A stretch of DNA of 64,000 nt from Leucoraja erinacea (lineage: Eukaryota): positions 16,926,001 to 16,990,000 of the forward strand of contig NC_073379.1 of NCBI RefSeq assembly GCF_028641065.1, read 5' to 3'. A program made the position numbers and the translations under genes. Below the pieces are notes generated by a model, which saw only the letters and a list, made by a program, of their open reading frames with translations, was not told the DNA's origin and ran no database searches. This document shows positions 11,103 through 24,540 of this stretch, piece by piece (positions within the stretch are counted from its first letter, which is position 1; every line of letters begins with the position of its first letter).

Positions 11103-14100
11103 GTCTAGATGAACATTTGGATAATTTTAACACAGAGATTGCTGCATATGTACAGCAGTAGCGACAGAGATAGAAAGAGTGAATAATTTGGGTCAATGAC
11201 AATATTCATCAGTACAAATTATTGAGGTTATTAACATAAAATGTGATTTCAGATTCTCTCTTCTGATGCTGCCTCACCGAAATACATTCAGCATTTTATG
11301 CTTTTATTCCATGTTCCATTTGTCGATGACTACACTAAAACCAATAGCATCAAGGGGCACAGCTTACACTGCAGCAAAGAGCAAAGGATGGATGATTGTT
11401 AAAATGACAGTCAAAGGCACTTTTCACTGCATCTAGATAAAATTATATTCAGCCTATTGCACATGACACAAAAAATATCCGGTCATTATCACAAAACTCT
11501 TTATGGGAGTACATAGTGATGCCACGGAAACCATTTGGATCTACAATGTTTTGGAATATCATGAAAGAATTTTTAAAATGGTAGAAATTGTGTTTTCATA
11601 TTGCTCTGAGGCAGCATTCCATAACAAAATGCCTTCCACCGCCATCCGTTTGACCAGTCTTTTTGTATTATGGAGACGTTTTAATTTTTCATGGTTGGTC
11701 CGTGAATGAAACCTAACTCCATAGATAAAAAACACAAGAGATGGCAGATAGTGGAATCTGAAGCAAAATACAAACTCGAGCAGCTTCATGGGGGGGGGCG
11801 GGGGGGGAGTTTCTCCAGCACTTTTGTCTACCATATATTTCACCCAATGTGCTGTTTTCCTCCCATATCCCATGAAGTAAATTGTGAAATGGACCTGGTG
11901 GGCTACTCTAAGACCCAGCAATGAACTGAAGGGTTGACAGGTCTGCTATATCATTGGAAATTAGAAATATGGAAATGATAATTGCACAAAACTTTCAACT
12001 GGCATCAAATACTTTTTAGCTACTTACAATTTATTCATACTGAATAGGCTAAACAAAGGTTAAATTACAATTATGGACTAACAGAAATGAGAGAACTAAT
12101 TTGGTTTATTTGATAGATTATTACCTCAATTATCTATCAATTTTACTTAATAGGAGAAACTGTTCACAGAAGGCAAAAGTGCAGGAGGACCTCAGCGGAT
12201 CAGGCAGCATCCGGGGAAGGAATGGACCAGAGATGTTTTGGGTCACACCTTGTAACTTCCCATTTGCTCTATCTACTGTACTGTGTGAACTGATTGTATC
12301 TATCTACCATAGACAAAAATGCTGGAGAAACTCAGCGGGTGAGGCAGCATCTATGGAGCGAAGGAAATAGGCGACGTTTCGGGTCGAGACCCTTCCATAT
12401 CACTGATCTATTTAAATAGCATGCAACACAAAGCTTTTCACTGTACCATGGTACATGTGACAATAATAAACAGAAACCTAAAATTGAGACACAGGAAATT
12501 ACAGATGTTGGAATCTTCAGCAAAACACAAAGTGCTGGAGAAACTCTGTGGGACAGGCAGCATCTGTGGAGGAGAATGTTGCATGCAACATTTCACTTCG
12601 ATTTTAGGGTAGCAAATCTGACCAAATTGATTGCCACAGATGGATGTGGTAGCCAAATCACTAGGTATGTTTAAGGCAGAGATTGACAGGTTCTTCATTG
12701 GTTCGGGTATCAGGGGTTATGGGAAGAAGGCAGGAGAATGGGGTTAAGAGGGAAAGACAGATCAGACATGAGGTGAATGGCGGAATAGGCTTGATTCTTG
12801 TCTTAATTCTGCTTGTTGAACTTATAAAGAGTAAAAAGAGTCAAGTGTTTTGTCATATGTCCCAGATAGAGCAATGAAATTCTTACTTGCAGCAGCACAA
12901 CAGATGTAAACAAACAATATTATAAACAAGAAAATAAAAAGTTTAGTTTAAGAAAATAAAAAGTTTAGTATGTGTGACAATTTCAAGAGCATAGGAGCAG
13001 AAACAGATGCTCCATTCGAGGATGGACTTCTAGATGGGACAGTGCATTGTCTGACAGGCAGCCCTTGAATGAATGAACTCAATATGTATGAAGGAACTGC
13101 AGATACTGGTTTACACCGCGGACACAAAATGGTGGGGGAGCAAAGCGGACAGGCAGCACGTCTGGATAGATGGAATGGGTGACGTCTCAGGTCGAGACAC
13201 TTCTTCAGACGGTTGAGAAGTCGCTGCAGCGTTGATCTGTTTAGATGCGGACCACAGGGGGGAGATAGATTCTTGATTAGTACTGGTGTCAGAGGGTATG
13301 GGGAGAAGGCTGGAGAATGGGGTTGGGAGGGAGTGATAGATCAGCCATGATTTGGGACTTGGGAAGGGGTTATGGTTTCAAAGGTCTTTTATTCTCACAT
13401 GTACCAATTAAGGTACAGTGATGTGCAAATCACCATACAGCCATGTTTTAAAAGCAACAAGACGAACAGCTACATAAATGTTAACATAAACATCCACCAC
13501 AGCGGATTCCTCACATTCCTCACTGTGATGGAAGGCAAAAAAGTCCAATCTTCTTCCTCTTTAAGCGGACAGCAACATGAAATGTTTGTCTACCATGGTA
13601 ATATATCTTTGTTTTTTTGTTGTATTCTTGATGTTTCCACTGGTGGTAGAGTCTAGGACTAGAGGTCATAGCCTCAGAATTAAAGGACGTTCTTTTAGGA
13701 AGGAGATAAGGAGAAATTTATTCAGAATTAAAGGGCATTCTTTTAGGAAGGAGATGAGGAGGAATGTATTCAGTCAGAGGGTGGTGAATCTGTGGATTTT
13801 GTTGCCACAGAAGGATGAATTGGCAACAGTCAGTGGATTTTTTTAACGCAAAGATAGAAAGATTCTTGAATAGTACGGGTGTCAGAGGTGATGGGGAGAA
13901 GGCAGGAAAATGTGGTTAGATTGATCAGCCATGACTGAATGGCGGAGTAGACTTGATGGGCCAAATGGCCTGATTCTGTCCCTTCAACTTATGAAGTGTT
14001 TTTTTTTTTGTCATGTGTCCCAGACAGAACAATGAAAGTCTTACTTGCAGCAGCACAACAAGAATATGTGAACTTGGGTTCACTGTAAACAATATATAGC

Positions 14101-14129
14101 AATCTAATTCTGCTGCTGTGCGTTTATGA

Positions 14130-14580
14130 AGAAGCGCAGGCCCAGGGATGAGTGGAACAAAAGCGGCCGCGGCCGCCAGCCACTGCGGCTCCTGCTGCCA
14201 GCGAGCCGAGCCGAGCCGTCCTTTACCTTTATCATCCCGGCTCTCCGCCGCCATGGGTCACGAGGGGGTTGTGGAAGGTGGATTGGAGCACGGCCAATCT
14301 ATCCGATGCGGTGCGATCCGCCCCGGGACCAGGGAGCTGCGTTAACGTTAACGTTAACGCCAACACGAACCCCAACCCCCCGCCGCCGCCGCCGCCGCCG
14401 CGCCGCACAGACCGAGCGTCCGCTCCTCGCAAAATGGCGCCGTCAAGACTAGGCCGCCGCCGCCGCCGCCGCAAGGCCTCTGCGTCACTGCGTCACAATA
14501 CGCGTCGTTGCGTCACAATGCGCGTCGTTGCGTCACAATGCACGCCGCCCGCCCGTCCGCCCCCTCCGCGTCACAAAGCA
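14130..14580 (-). promoter_or_regulatory. CpG island / YTHDC1 promoter and 5'UTR
   Basis: Very GC- and CpG-rich; (GCC)n runs; YY1-type AAAATGGCG at 14431-14439; repeated TGCGTCAC at 14481, 14489, 14509, 14529; GC boxes near 14545-14565. Confidence 0.85.
14227..14254 (-). CDS. YTHDC1: YTHDC1 coding exon 1 (start codon)
   Basis: ATG GCG GCG GAG AGC CGG GAT GAT AAA G|gtaaag gives MAAESRDDK (human MAADSREEK). Phase-1 donor fits exon 2; lies inside a CpG island. Confidence 0.92.
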
Positions 14581-14599
14581 CTTCCCCACCCACTCACAT

Positions 14600-14880
14600 G
14601 GGGGAGGGGAGGGAGGAGATGGAGAGTGGGAATGGGGATGGGGAGAGATAGAGGGGATGGAGAGAAAGAGGGTGAAGAGCGAGAGAGGGGGTGTAGAGAG
14701 AGGGGATGAAAAGAGAGAGAGAGGGGATGAAAAGAGAGAGAGGGGATGAAAAGAGAGAGAGAGGGGATGAAGAGAGAGGGGGGATGAAGAGAGAGAGGGG
14801 AGAGGGGGGATGGAGAGAGAGAGAGAAAGAAAGGGAGGGAGAGAGAGAGAGATGGGGTGGAGAGGTGGGTGAAAGGGGAG
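14600..14880. repeat. GA-rich low-complexity tract / minisatellite (gaggggatgaaaagagaga)n
   Basis: Several tandem 19-21 bp purine units directly upstream of the CpG island. Confidence 0.85.
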
Positions 14881-14899
14881 AGACATTTGGAGAGTTGAG

Positions 14900-17800
14900 A
14901 TTTATCAATTGCTTCATCAAATTTAGCAAGAATTGGTGAATGGGATGCAATGGATAGATATACATTGGGTAGTGATCATTATCCAATTTTATGTAGGTTT
15001 GGTAGGGATTTGAGGAGAGAAGTGGAAAAGAAAGTCCCTAGATATAACTTTTCTCAGGCCAAATGGGATACATTTCAAGAGAAGGCTCAAAGTTTAGTTG
15101 GAGAGGTTAATAGTGAGGGTTCTGTAGATAGTTGGAATACTTCCATTAGTCTCATGATTCATGAGGCAGCTTGTACTATTCCTGTGAAGCAGGAACCTAG
15201 GTCCCGTATGTCTGTTCCTTGGTGGAATAAATAATGCGATGAAGCTGTAAGGAATAGGATTATAGCCTATCGAAAATTAAGAAAGTATCCAATTTTGGTC
15301 AATGCAATGGAGTACAAGCGGTTAAGGGCAGTAGCAAGACTAGTTGTATAGGATGCAAAGAGGAATAGTTGGAGGAAGTTTTGTGGTACGCTAGGCCCAG
15401 AAATCCAGTAAGGCATTTGTGGTCAGCTGTGCGTAGAATGTCAGGAGTATATAAAAGAAGTTTGTTACCAGTGTTGCAGAAGGGTGAGGTGGTAGCAGTC
15501 TCCAATAAGGAAAAAGCAGACATGTGTGTTGACAGTTTTCAAGCAGTGCATAGATCAGAGTGCATGGGAGTGGAGAGGTGTAGAAAGAGAACTGAGCTGA
15601 TGGCAGTTAATCAGTGGAAGCTGGAGAGGAGTTTAGTAAATGATAACACCTTTAATCTGTTTTTTACTATAAAAGAGTTGAAGGATGCACTTATGCCTGG
15701 GGCAAATACCACCCCGGGGAGAGATAGGTTGTCGTATGAGTTATTTAAACATCTGGATGATACTGTACTTGATGAAATCTTAGCTTTGTTTAATACTGTG
15801 TGGGCAGAGGGTTATTTACCAAAGGAATGGAAACATGCAGTCGTGGTCCCTATTTTAAAACCGGGCAAAGAGGCATCTGACCCTAATTCATATCGCCCTA
15901 TAGCGTTCACAGCAGTGCTCTGTAAAATTATGGAGAGGATGGTAACCAACAGACTAGTTTATTTTTTAGAAACCAGAGGACTATTTGTTGATGTACAGAA
16001 TGGCTTTAGGAATGGAAGGTCTACGATGGAGTCTATCAGTTTTGGATCAGGAATATTAAAAGGGCATTTAGATGCAAGGAAACAGTAGTGAGTGTATTCC
16101 TTGATATTGAGAAGGCATATGATTCTTTGTGGAAGGAGGGATTAATGATTAAAATTTTTGACTTGGGAGTCAGGGGACGAATGTTCAACTGGATTAAGGA
16201 TTTTTTATTGAGTAGAACAATACAAGTAATGGTTGGGAGTGTCAGCTCAGAGACTGTAGAAATAGAGAATGGAACCCCGCAGGGAAGTGTTATCAATCCA
16301 GTTTTATTTAATATCATGATAAACGACATATTTTGTAAATTAGAGAGAGGATTTGGTCTGTCTTTGTTTGCAGATGAGGGGGCCATCTGGAAAAGAGGTC
16401 GTAATGTAGAGTTTGTTTTAAAACAGATTCAAGGAGTATTAGTGTCTGTAGAGGAATGGGGGAACACATGGGGCTTTAAAATCTCTGCCTCTAAGACTAA
16501 ATATATGGTATTTGGTTTTAAAAGAAAGTTACCTAAGTTAGGGCTGTATATGTATGGGTCTCTATTGGAGAAGGTAAAGGTTTTTAAGTTTTTGGGTGTT
16601 TGGTTTGAAGAGCGTATGACTTGGGCTGTGCATGTAGGTAAAATTGTGTTGAAGTGTGAAAAAGTTCTGAATGTTATGAGAAGTCTGGTTGGGTGTGAGT
16701 GGGGGGGCCAACAGGGAGACAATGCTGCTAATTTATCAGGCCATGATCAGATCTTCTCTTGACTATGGGTGTTTTGTGTATGGGTCTGCGTCTAAAACTG
16801 TTCTGGCTAGGCTAGATGTGTTGCAGGCAAAGGCTTTGAGGCTTTGCTGTGGAGCCTTCAGGACTTCCCCAGTCCCTGCCCTGATTGTTGAAATGGGAGA
16901 AATGCCCTTATGGTTAAGGCGCATTAAGCTAGGGTTACATTACTGGGCTAAACTTTGTGGGTGTAATGATACCTTCCCAGCAAGGTGTTTGTTGCAAGAG
17001 GTTGATGATGGTAACAAATATAACACATTTTTTGTCATTATAAATCAGTGGGCTAGGAAGCTGGGTTTGGAACAAGGGGGTATTATAGAGCATACAATAA
17101 GGCTACCTGTGCCCTATTGGGTTCTTCCTGAACTGTTTATTGAGCTTGCTTTTCTTCAGGAAAAAGATAAGCGCGAGGTGACTCCAAGAATAGTGGAATA
17201 TCTTAATTCAATCAGTGAGAGCACTTTGATTGTTTTTACAGATGGATCTAAAGATCCAGTTAGTGGGAGAGCTGGGTTTGGAGTGTATGTGGAGCAGCTT
17301 GGGTTGAAGATTGGCCGGCGCATTTCTGATGGAAGCTCTGTTCTCACGACTGAATTAATGGCAATTCAATGGGCTCTATGGTGGATTGAGGAAGCCAGTT
17401 TTAGAGAAGTCATTATCTGTTCTGATTCTGCAGCTGCTCTTGAAACTTTAAGAGTAGGGAAATCTAAAGCTCGTCCTGACATTCTAAATGAAATCTTGAG
17501 TGTGTTTTCTAGAATTGGGTTTGCGTGTAACATCACTTTTTGCTGGGTTCCCGGGCATGCTGGGGTGAGGGGGAATGAGCAGGTGGACCTCATAGCAAAG
17601 GAGAGTTTAAGAAGAGAAATAGATATCCATGTATCATTGGGGAGAGTGGAACTGAGAGAAATAATTAAAGAGGGCTTAACAAAAGAATGGCAGAGAGGAT
17701 GGGAAATGGAAGTCAGGGGTAGACACTACTTTTCTATACAATCTGAAGTTAGGAAAATATGTTTCTGTACATCTCTGTCCCGTAGGGACTCAGTTAAACT

Positions 17801-18158
17801 GTGTAGATTGAGGTTGGGACACTGGGTTAAATTATTATTTGTGCATTGTAGGGAAACATGTTTCTGGCTTGTGTGAATGTGGGAGTAATGAGACAGTTAA
17901 GCATGTTTTCCTAGAATGTAAAAAGTACAGGGTAGAAAGAAAAGTATTGTTTGTTAGACTGACAGGACTTGGAGTTGAGGCTTTTTCTGTTTCATCTTTG
18001 TTTGGACACAGTGAGAAACCAACTGATATCCAGGGCTGTTCTTCAATTCCTGCAAGTTACAGGACTGTATGTAAGAATTTAGTTCAAACTTTGACCTGTG
18101 GAGGGCAGTAATACGCTTAGCAGCGTCTACACTGCCGGAATCCTATAAGAAGAAGAAG
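14900..18158 (+). mobile_element. I-group (Nimb/I-like) non-LTR retrotransposon, 5'-truncated: EN tail, RT, RNase H, CCHC-like end
   Basis: GSDHYPI (APE C-terminus); PGRD, KPGK..SYRPI, QNGFRNGRST, FLDIEKAYD, GTPQGSVINP, LFADEG (RT); VFTDGSK, TELMAI, ICSDS, WVPGHAGVRGNEQVD (RNase H); RLRLGH...CECG..ETVKHVFLEC. 3' hairpin and (AAG)4 tail; 11-bp TSD with 1 mismatch (14889-14899 and 18159-18169). A few stops and frameshifts. Confidence 0.92.
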
Positions 18159-18949
18159 GGAGTGTTGAGTGGATGGGAACTTTACTGAGTGGGCTCTTGC
18201 ATTGGGTCATAAGAAACATGAAGCTGATCTTGTGCAAAATCCTGAGTGGAATAGATTTGGTAACTATGCATCTAGTACATAAGGTATTCAGAAATCAGGG
18301 GACATAGTTTTAAGGTGAGGGGGTAAGGATTTAATGGGAACCTGAGGGGTAACTTTATCACACAAAGTGTGGTGGTTTTAGCCACATGTATGGAACAATA
18401 TACAACGAGATTGCACCGCAGGTAGTTACACTGAGGGGCTAAAATTTTGTAGCACAGCATTCATCACTTGGTGGAAGGCACAAATTTAGCCATTCCTACA
18501 TTTTCCCCCGTGGTCGGGGTCATGGATAGGACATCGCTGCGGGCGTCCAGGGTAAGGACAAGTTTTAAGCCACATCCCCCGGCCGCAGGTGGTATACTTT
18601 AGTTCCCTCCACGTCGCAGCCATAAGGAAGCTGGGTTTTAGGAACAAGGGGTAGAAGTAAGGTCTGTGACGGTTCCCGTGTAGACGGAAGGAAGGGGGGC
18701 TGCCGTCTGGGGGGGGGAGCGCTTATGTGCCCCAGCTCCGTGCTGACAGTCCATACCCATGGTAAGAGCGCCGACAGGAATGGGGGAGGCGACCTAAAAA
18801 GTCGCTTCTCCTTGAGGAGGCGACCGAAACGGTTTCCCCCACACCACCCCCCACACACAAACACATTTAAAAACATACTTGTAAAACATACCATAAAAAT
18901 AGTTTATTGCGCGTGCTGACAGGGCTGCCGCCAGTGCAGCGCCCCCACC

Positions 18950-21900
18950 GGACTGTGTATGGAAATGGGTTTTAGGAACAAGGGGTACACTAAGGTCTGT
19001 GAGGTTGAGGTTGGGAAGGAAGGGGGGGGATTTTTTATGTGCGGTCATACCCATGTAAGAGTACAGGAATGTATAACTTGTTTATTGTGTATTTATAATA
19101 TAGTTTATTGTGTATTATATGTCATACCTGCTTTCTTGCATCTCTCTCTCTCTGTTTACATTACAAAATGTTCCATAATGGTATATAATCATCATTTTTT
19201 TCTGTCACCTCGTTCTTTCTGCATGCCGTTTCTTCAGCACACCTTCTGCCACTAAGAAGCCATGTCCTCACATATTCTTCGGGGTTGAATTCTGACAGAG
19301 GAGGTCCCACCAACTTAATAAGTAGAATAGTTGAGAGATGATCAGTTTGAAGTCTTGCACGTTGTGGTGACATGCAGAAATTCATGCCACTTTCACATTC
19401 TGCTGTTAATACCGGAATTGTATTCACAGCCGTTAGCAGCTGCTGAAAATCTGCAGAAACAACCTCCCTTTAGATTCCTTGAATTTTCTGAAGGCTCTGA
19501 TACTAAGCCGACCATTTAAGCCAAATTGTTCTGCCATTTCTTCTACATCATTATCCCCAAAGGTAAAAAGTGAATCTTCTGGAATATTGTTAATATCTAA
19601 ATATTATGACTTGTTAATTAACTTTTTACATTTATCATTGGAAGCTGTTGTAGATTCAAGTAGCCTGGATTTCATATTATTGACCAAACTCCTCAAAAAC
19701 TGTTGTCTATGTATAGTAGGTACTTTACCAGCTCTCAAATTTAGTCCATTAAATATAATCTGGCTTGTTGCTTTCTCCACTTGAGTATAACAAATTTCCT
19801 GGCTTCTCTATTTGACATCCAAGAACCTTGATAGTTTGTTTAATTTGCTCATGTGCTTTACTAAGTGTACAATTTTGGTTCTGCAGTTCAATGACAGTTC
19901 AGCCAACTCTAGCAAACTGTCCATCAACAAGCCCAAATTATTTACAAAAGCTGATGATTCTAATACTGTTCTCAGCCCCTCGTACTTTGCTCTCACTGCA
20001 CCAGATCTTGAAGCATCACAGCTTGCTTTTCCAAAATGCTCCCTAATAGCTTTATAAGACTGCCCCATTGCCTTTACAGTTCGGTAAGAGGAAGCAACCC
20101 ATCTCACACTAAAAACACAACCAATTTTCAACAGTTGACAGTGAAGAGCCTCAGCACATGCAGTTAACTCATCCTGATTCTTAGGAGACCTATGATATAA
20201 GGAATACAATTTATCACAAAATATCTGAAAATGATTCAAACCTGCAACTTCATTTATAGCATCACCTACACTGAGTTCAAGCCTGTGACTGGCACAGTGC
20301 CAAACAGTTGCATTAGGGAAATCATCAAGAAATAGTTTTGCAACCCCTGCATTTCGGCTTAACATTACTGATGCACCATCAGATACGTGATATCACATTT
20401 TCTTTTAGGTACTGTATTGAAAAAAACACCTCTTTGTTAGCACCTTAGAAGCACATCATATATAGATTTTGCATTTGCACCAAGTTTCATTTGTTCTAAG
20501 TCAAAATAGAATGATATAGGTTGGGAAGATTCACCAACTGCTGCTCTCAAGCTAGAACAGTTTCCCCATTAATAGTAGTAGATTCATCAATCATAATAGA
20601 CATTTTAGATTGTTTTGAAATTATGTTCCACCACTGCCGTTCGCATCTGGTTCCCTATGTGGTGAGAAACATCTGCACATGACTTACGAGAGTGTAGAAC
20701 GTACTCTAAGCCAATGTCGTTTTTTTCTTGTAGTTCAATATCAGAAGACATATCTGTGTATGGCCTACCTTTGTGTACAATATTATATACAGTTCTAAAA
20801 ACTCGACCTGTTTTTGCTTTGTCCTTTTTCATTGACATATACACTACATTTTTGATTGCTTTTTTTTCAGCTTTCATTGATTTTTTGGCATCTGATATGA
20901 GCTTCACTATTTAAAAATCTTTTTTCTTAAACTCATTAACTGTTTTGCTTTGTCATCATTCACTCCTACTACATTAACACTGCACCACTCACGAGACAAA
21001 TGAATTCCTTGTGTTCGTTCAAGTCCAAGATGACCACACTTGCTGTATATATACTACATCCTAGTTTTCTGTTTTTAACAATTAGCCTGGGATATTCTTT
21101 CTTTCTGTCTAAGTACATTTCTTGTGTCCAACAGTCTGGAAGATCACATTTTTCAATATCTTTTGAAATGTCTTCACATACAGCATCAGGCGAAACAGCT
21201 GCATCAGTTACATTATCATTTTCAAGTAATTTTGCCTTATTTTCTGGCTGAGTGTTTTCATTATCATTTATTTCTTCATCGATCTGAAGACGCTGTCTTT
21301 TAAAGTATCTCAGTATGCTCATTTTCACAGGGTACACAAATCTGAAATTTATAGATATTTAATAGTGATTTGATAGTGATATATAATAACATTTGATAGT
21401 GATATTTAATAAAATATTTCTGCTTGCACTATTGTTTTGCTAAATAAAACCACCCACAATAAAATATTCACCACTCACGATTTAGGCTGGAAAAAACTAT
21501 TGGTACTACTTATTTAATTTTCTCCCCATCCATTCTAATTTAACTGAAACACTTAATCTGAAAATGCAGTTTCTTATTGGGGCAGGTAATAGGAAAAGTA
21601 ATGTCCTTGGAGACAGCGGCTGATTGGACGGGGGGAGAAAGATTTGTTGATTGGATGGGAATTTTAAGGGAAGCTCATCGGTGATTGGACGTAACCCCCT
21701 TAGAGACAGCAGTTGATTGGCTGCCAAATAATCGGGCACAAAAAATTGACAAATAGGAAAACGAAAAAATTGGAATTCCGATTTAAATCTGGTATAAGGT
21801 ACATAGGGTGGGTATTGATTAATTCTAGACAACAGATTAAAAAAATCTAACCCCATTAAATCACTCAGGGTGTATTATGAGATGTTCTATGTTCAGTGTA

Positions 21901-22934
21901 CAGCAGAACTGGCACTTCCAGAGTGGTCTATCGTGTTGTTTCTTCAGTGGACCACAGATTTATTTTAAGAGCAAAACATAAAGTGCTGGAGAACTCAGCA
22001 GGTCAGGCTGGAGGGTCCGAAGAAGGGTCTCAACCCAAAACGTCACCTATTCCTTCTCTCCAGAGATGCTGCCTCACCCGCTGAGTTACTCCAATGAAAG
22101 ACAGAGAGACACAGGGAGAGAGGGAGGGAAGGAGAGAGCGAAAGACAGACAGACACAGCGAGAGAGGGAGAGAGCGAAAGACAGAGAGACACAGCGAGAG
22201 GAGGATAGAGGACGAGGGAGAGAGGGCGAAGGAGAGAGAGTGAGAGAATAATAATATAATAATAAAATAACGCGACTACCTGCACTACCTGCACACCACG
22301 TGGCTTTAATGGCCGCGCGACAATCGCCATCGCCAGCCGGGGGCTTTGACTTTGACTCTGTCATCGGGGGGGGGGGAGAGTGCAGTGGAGAGATACGTTT
22401 TTTTTGGCCTTCCATCACAGCAATGTGATGGATGTTTATGTAAAATGTAAATTATGTTGTGTCTGGGGTCTATTTGTTTGTAATGTATGGCTGCAGAAAC
22501 GGCATTTCGTTTGGACCTCAAGTGGTCCAAATGACAATTAAATTGACTATTGACTATTGACCAGAAGCAGCCCGTGCTCGCGGTCCGGAGCAATGACGGT
22601 GAGTTTATTAAATTCGCTCATTAATTTTATTCAGAGGAAAGCGGTGTCATTAATACATGGTCAAAACACAATTACATTTACTGAGGAATGTGGATCGATG
22701 TATTGATGACACATTGTTTAACTATGTGTGAACTACTGGCTGTTAACAATTTCGAACAGTGGTAGTTAACAAATCATTTTCATCTCATGGCCGATGCAAC
22801 GTGACTCGTAACAAAATCACAGTATTTAACAACTCTGACTCGCTTCTTGTACAGAAATTGGACATAAACTGGAAACTGAAAAGTAGGGGAACGCCATCCC
22901 CCTGTGTCCCCCCCCCCCCACATTTCCATCCCTG
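18950..22934 (-). mobile_element. Probable extent of the hAT transposon carrying the decayed transposase
   Basis: The right end reads cagggatggaaatgtggggggg on the minus strand (hAT-like CAG terminus, ending at 22934). Only a partial match (tgtatggaaatggg, about 18956) is seen on the left, so boundaries are uncertain. Confidence 0.45.
19161..21322 (-). pseudogene. Decayed hAT-family transposase (KIAA1586/ZNF862-like)
   Basis: Fragments MSILRYFKRQR, RVFRTVYNIVHKGRPYTD, DGASVM, WHCASHRLELSVGDA, SVRWVASSYR and the hAT dimerization motif TIPVLTAECES..MN..R; multiple frameshifts. Confidence 0.85.
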
Positions 22935-23195
22935 AGTGTAGATGGGACATGTTGGGCCATAGGCCCTGTTTCCACACAATGACCCTATGTTGCCTAATAA
23001 ATGGTCCTTTATAATTGTAGCAAGCTGCCCTTGCTCCAGTAGTCAAAATCTTTAATGTCAGAGTCGAGATGTGCATCATAGATCTTGATGTGACATCATT
23101 GTGTGCATATGTGACACCAGAAACTTTCATGGCAGTGAATTATTTCAGGAGAAGCGCAAACCCATAATGCACAGGGCAGGATGCTAAAAGGATAT

Positions 23196-23420
23196 AGACA
23201 CGAAATGCTGGTGTAACTCAGTGGGATAGGCAACATCTTTGGAGAGAAGGAATGGGTGATGGTTTGGGGCGAGACCCTTCTTCAGACTGTAGTCTTCGAC
23301 CCGAAACGTCACCCATCCCTTCTCTCTGGAGTTGCTGCCTGTTCCGCTGAGTTACTCCAGCATTTTGTGTCTATCTTCGATTTAATCCAGCATCTGCAGT
23401 TCTTTCCTGCACATTTTGCC
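23196..23420. mobile_element. Inverted Penelope pLTR pair (hairpin element)
   Basis: About 85-bp arms are reverse complements around 23285-23295; flanked by a 14-bp direct repeat tgctaaaaggatat / tgctaaagggatat (23182-23195 and 23421-23434). Confidence 0.8.
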
Positions 23421-24540
23421 TGCTAAAGGGATATGGTTGCTGTCATGTCAAACTGCCTTACTGTGCAATTTGCAATATTAAACAACAGCAGCCAATTATT
23501 AATGGCGAGGAGAGGCATTATTCCTCATTGTTCCATTCTCCAACTGATATCGCCCAACATGCAAACGACAATATGTACGAAAAGGAAAAAAAACGATTAA
23601 CTTTAATTTGGAAGAATCATCCATTTTATTAGTTGTTTATTCAAGAAAAATTAGCAGTGCTAAATATATATATATATATAATATAGGGAGAGTGAACGCT
23701 GGCGCGATTACCTGCCGCTGCTCTCTCTTTGAATTGTGTATTGATGTCCTTACTTTTTTTTTGTTTTGTTTCATTCCACTTATATGTTTTGTAATCTGCT
23801 TACTAAATTTAGTAAGGCGTCCTTGAGAGTCATTTGAAAGGCGCCCATAAATATAATGTATTATAATAATAATAATAATAATAATGTATTGTTGGATCTC
23901 ATATAAATTCACTTCGGGTATTGATCATGATTAGTAGTTCGATTTGATGGCAGAAACCAGTTTCCTAACCTGCCCAACTTACTTTCGTGGCATTTAAAAA
24001 CAGACTTCAAGTCAGAGATATATTACATAGCTAGAAACAGATTTATTTGCAGTGAATATTTTCTGCCCCTGTTTCTTGAAATAAATCAGGGAACTGTATG
24101 CAAAAATAGAATGACACTGTATGTCTCTGTCTGCACATGTCATCATTTAAAAAACATTGGACCATTAGTGCAGCCTATAAAGAATATTTTTGGTGATAGA
24201 TTCAGACTCCAGTCCTCGTGTGAATATGTTGAATTTTTCAGTTGGTCATAACTATTTCTCAGATGTTCAAAATCATGATAATTTTTTTTCTCTTGTAATC
24301 AATTACCATGCCAGTTTGACGTTCAATACAGTGACAAACAGAAAAGCATTCAATTTATAACAACCCATGTTTAACCTACAGAAATCATAATGTTCCTATA
24401 TAAATTATACATCAACCACACATTTTTTTTCAAATATAGTATCTCTGATATTAATAAATTACCAGTTCTCTTGACTCTATCAAACTTAAATTGCTTTAAA
24501 ATCTGACCACGGATGATATCTCTGATCAGTAGTTGACAGA

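Noticed and set aside
10450-11202. 250-aa minus-strand ORF
   Set aside because: Made of (CA)n and GA microsatellites plus SINE sequence inside a hAT MITE.
14126-14986. Several overlapping Pro/Arg/Glu-rich ORFs
   Set aside because: Products of the GC-rich CpG island and the GA repeat; only the 28-nt YTHDC1 exon 1 is supported.
18500-19070. Imperfect direct repeat (gggttttaggaacaaggggta...aaggtctgtga) at about 18633 and 18967
   Set aside because: The indel-rich mismatch pattern suggests low-quality consensus or a decayed transposon end; no function can be supported.
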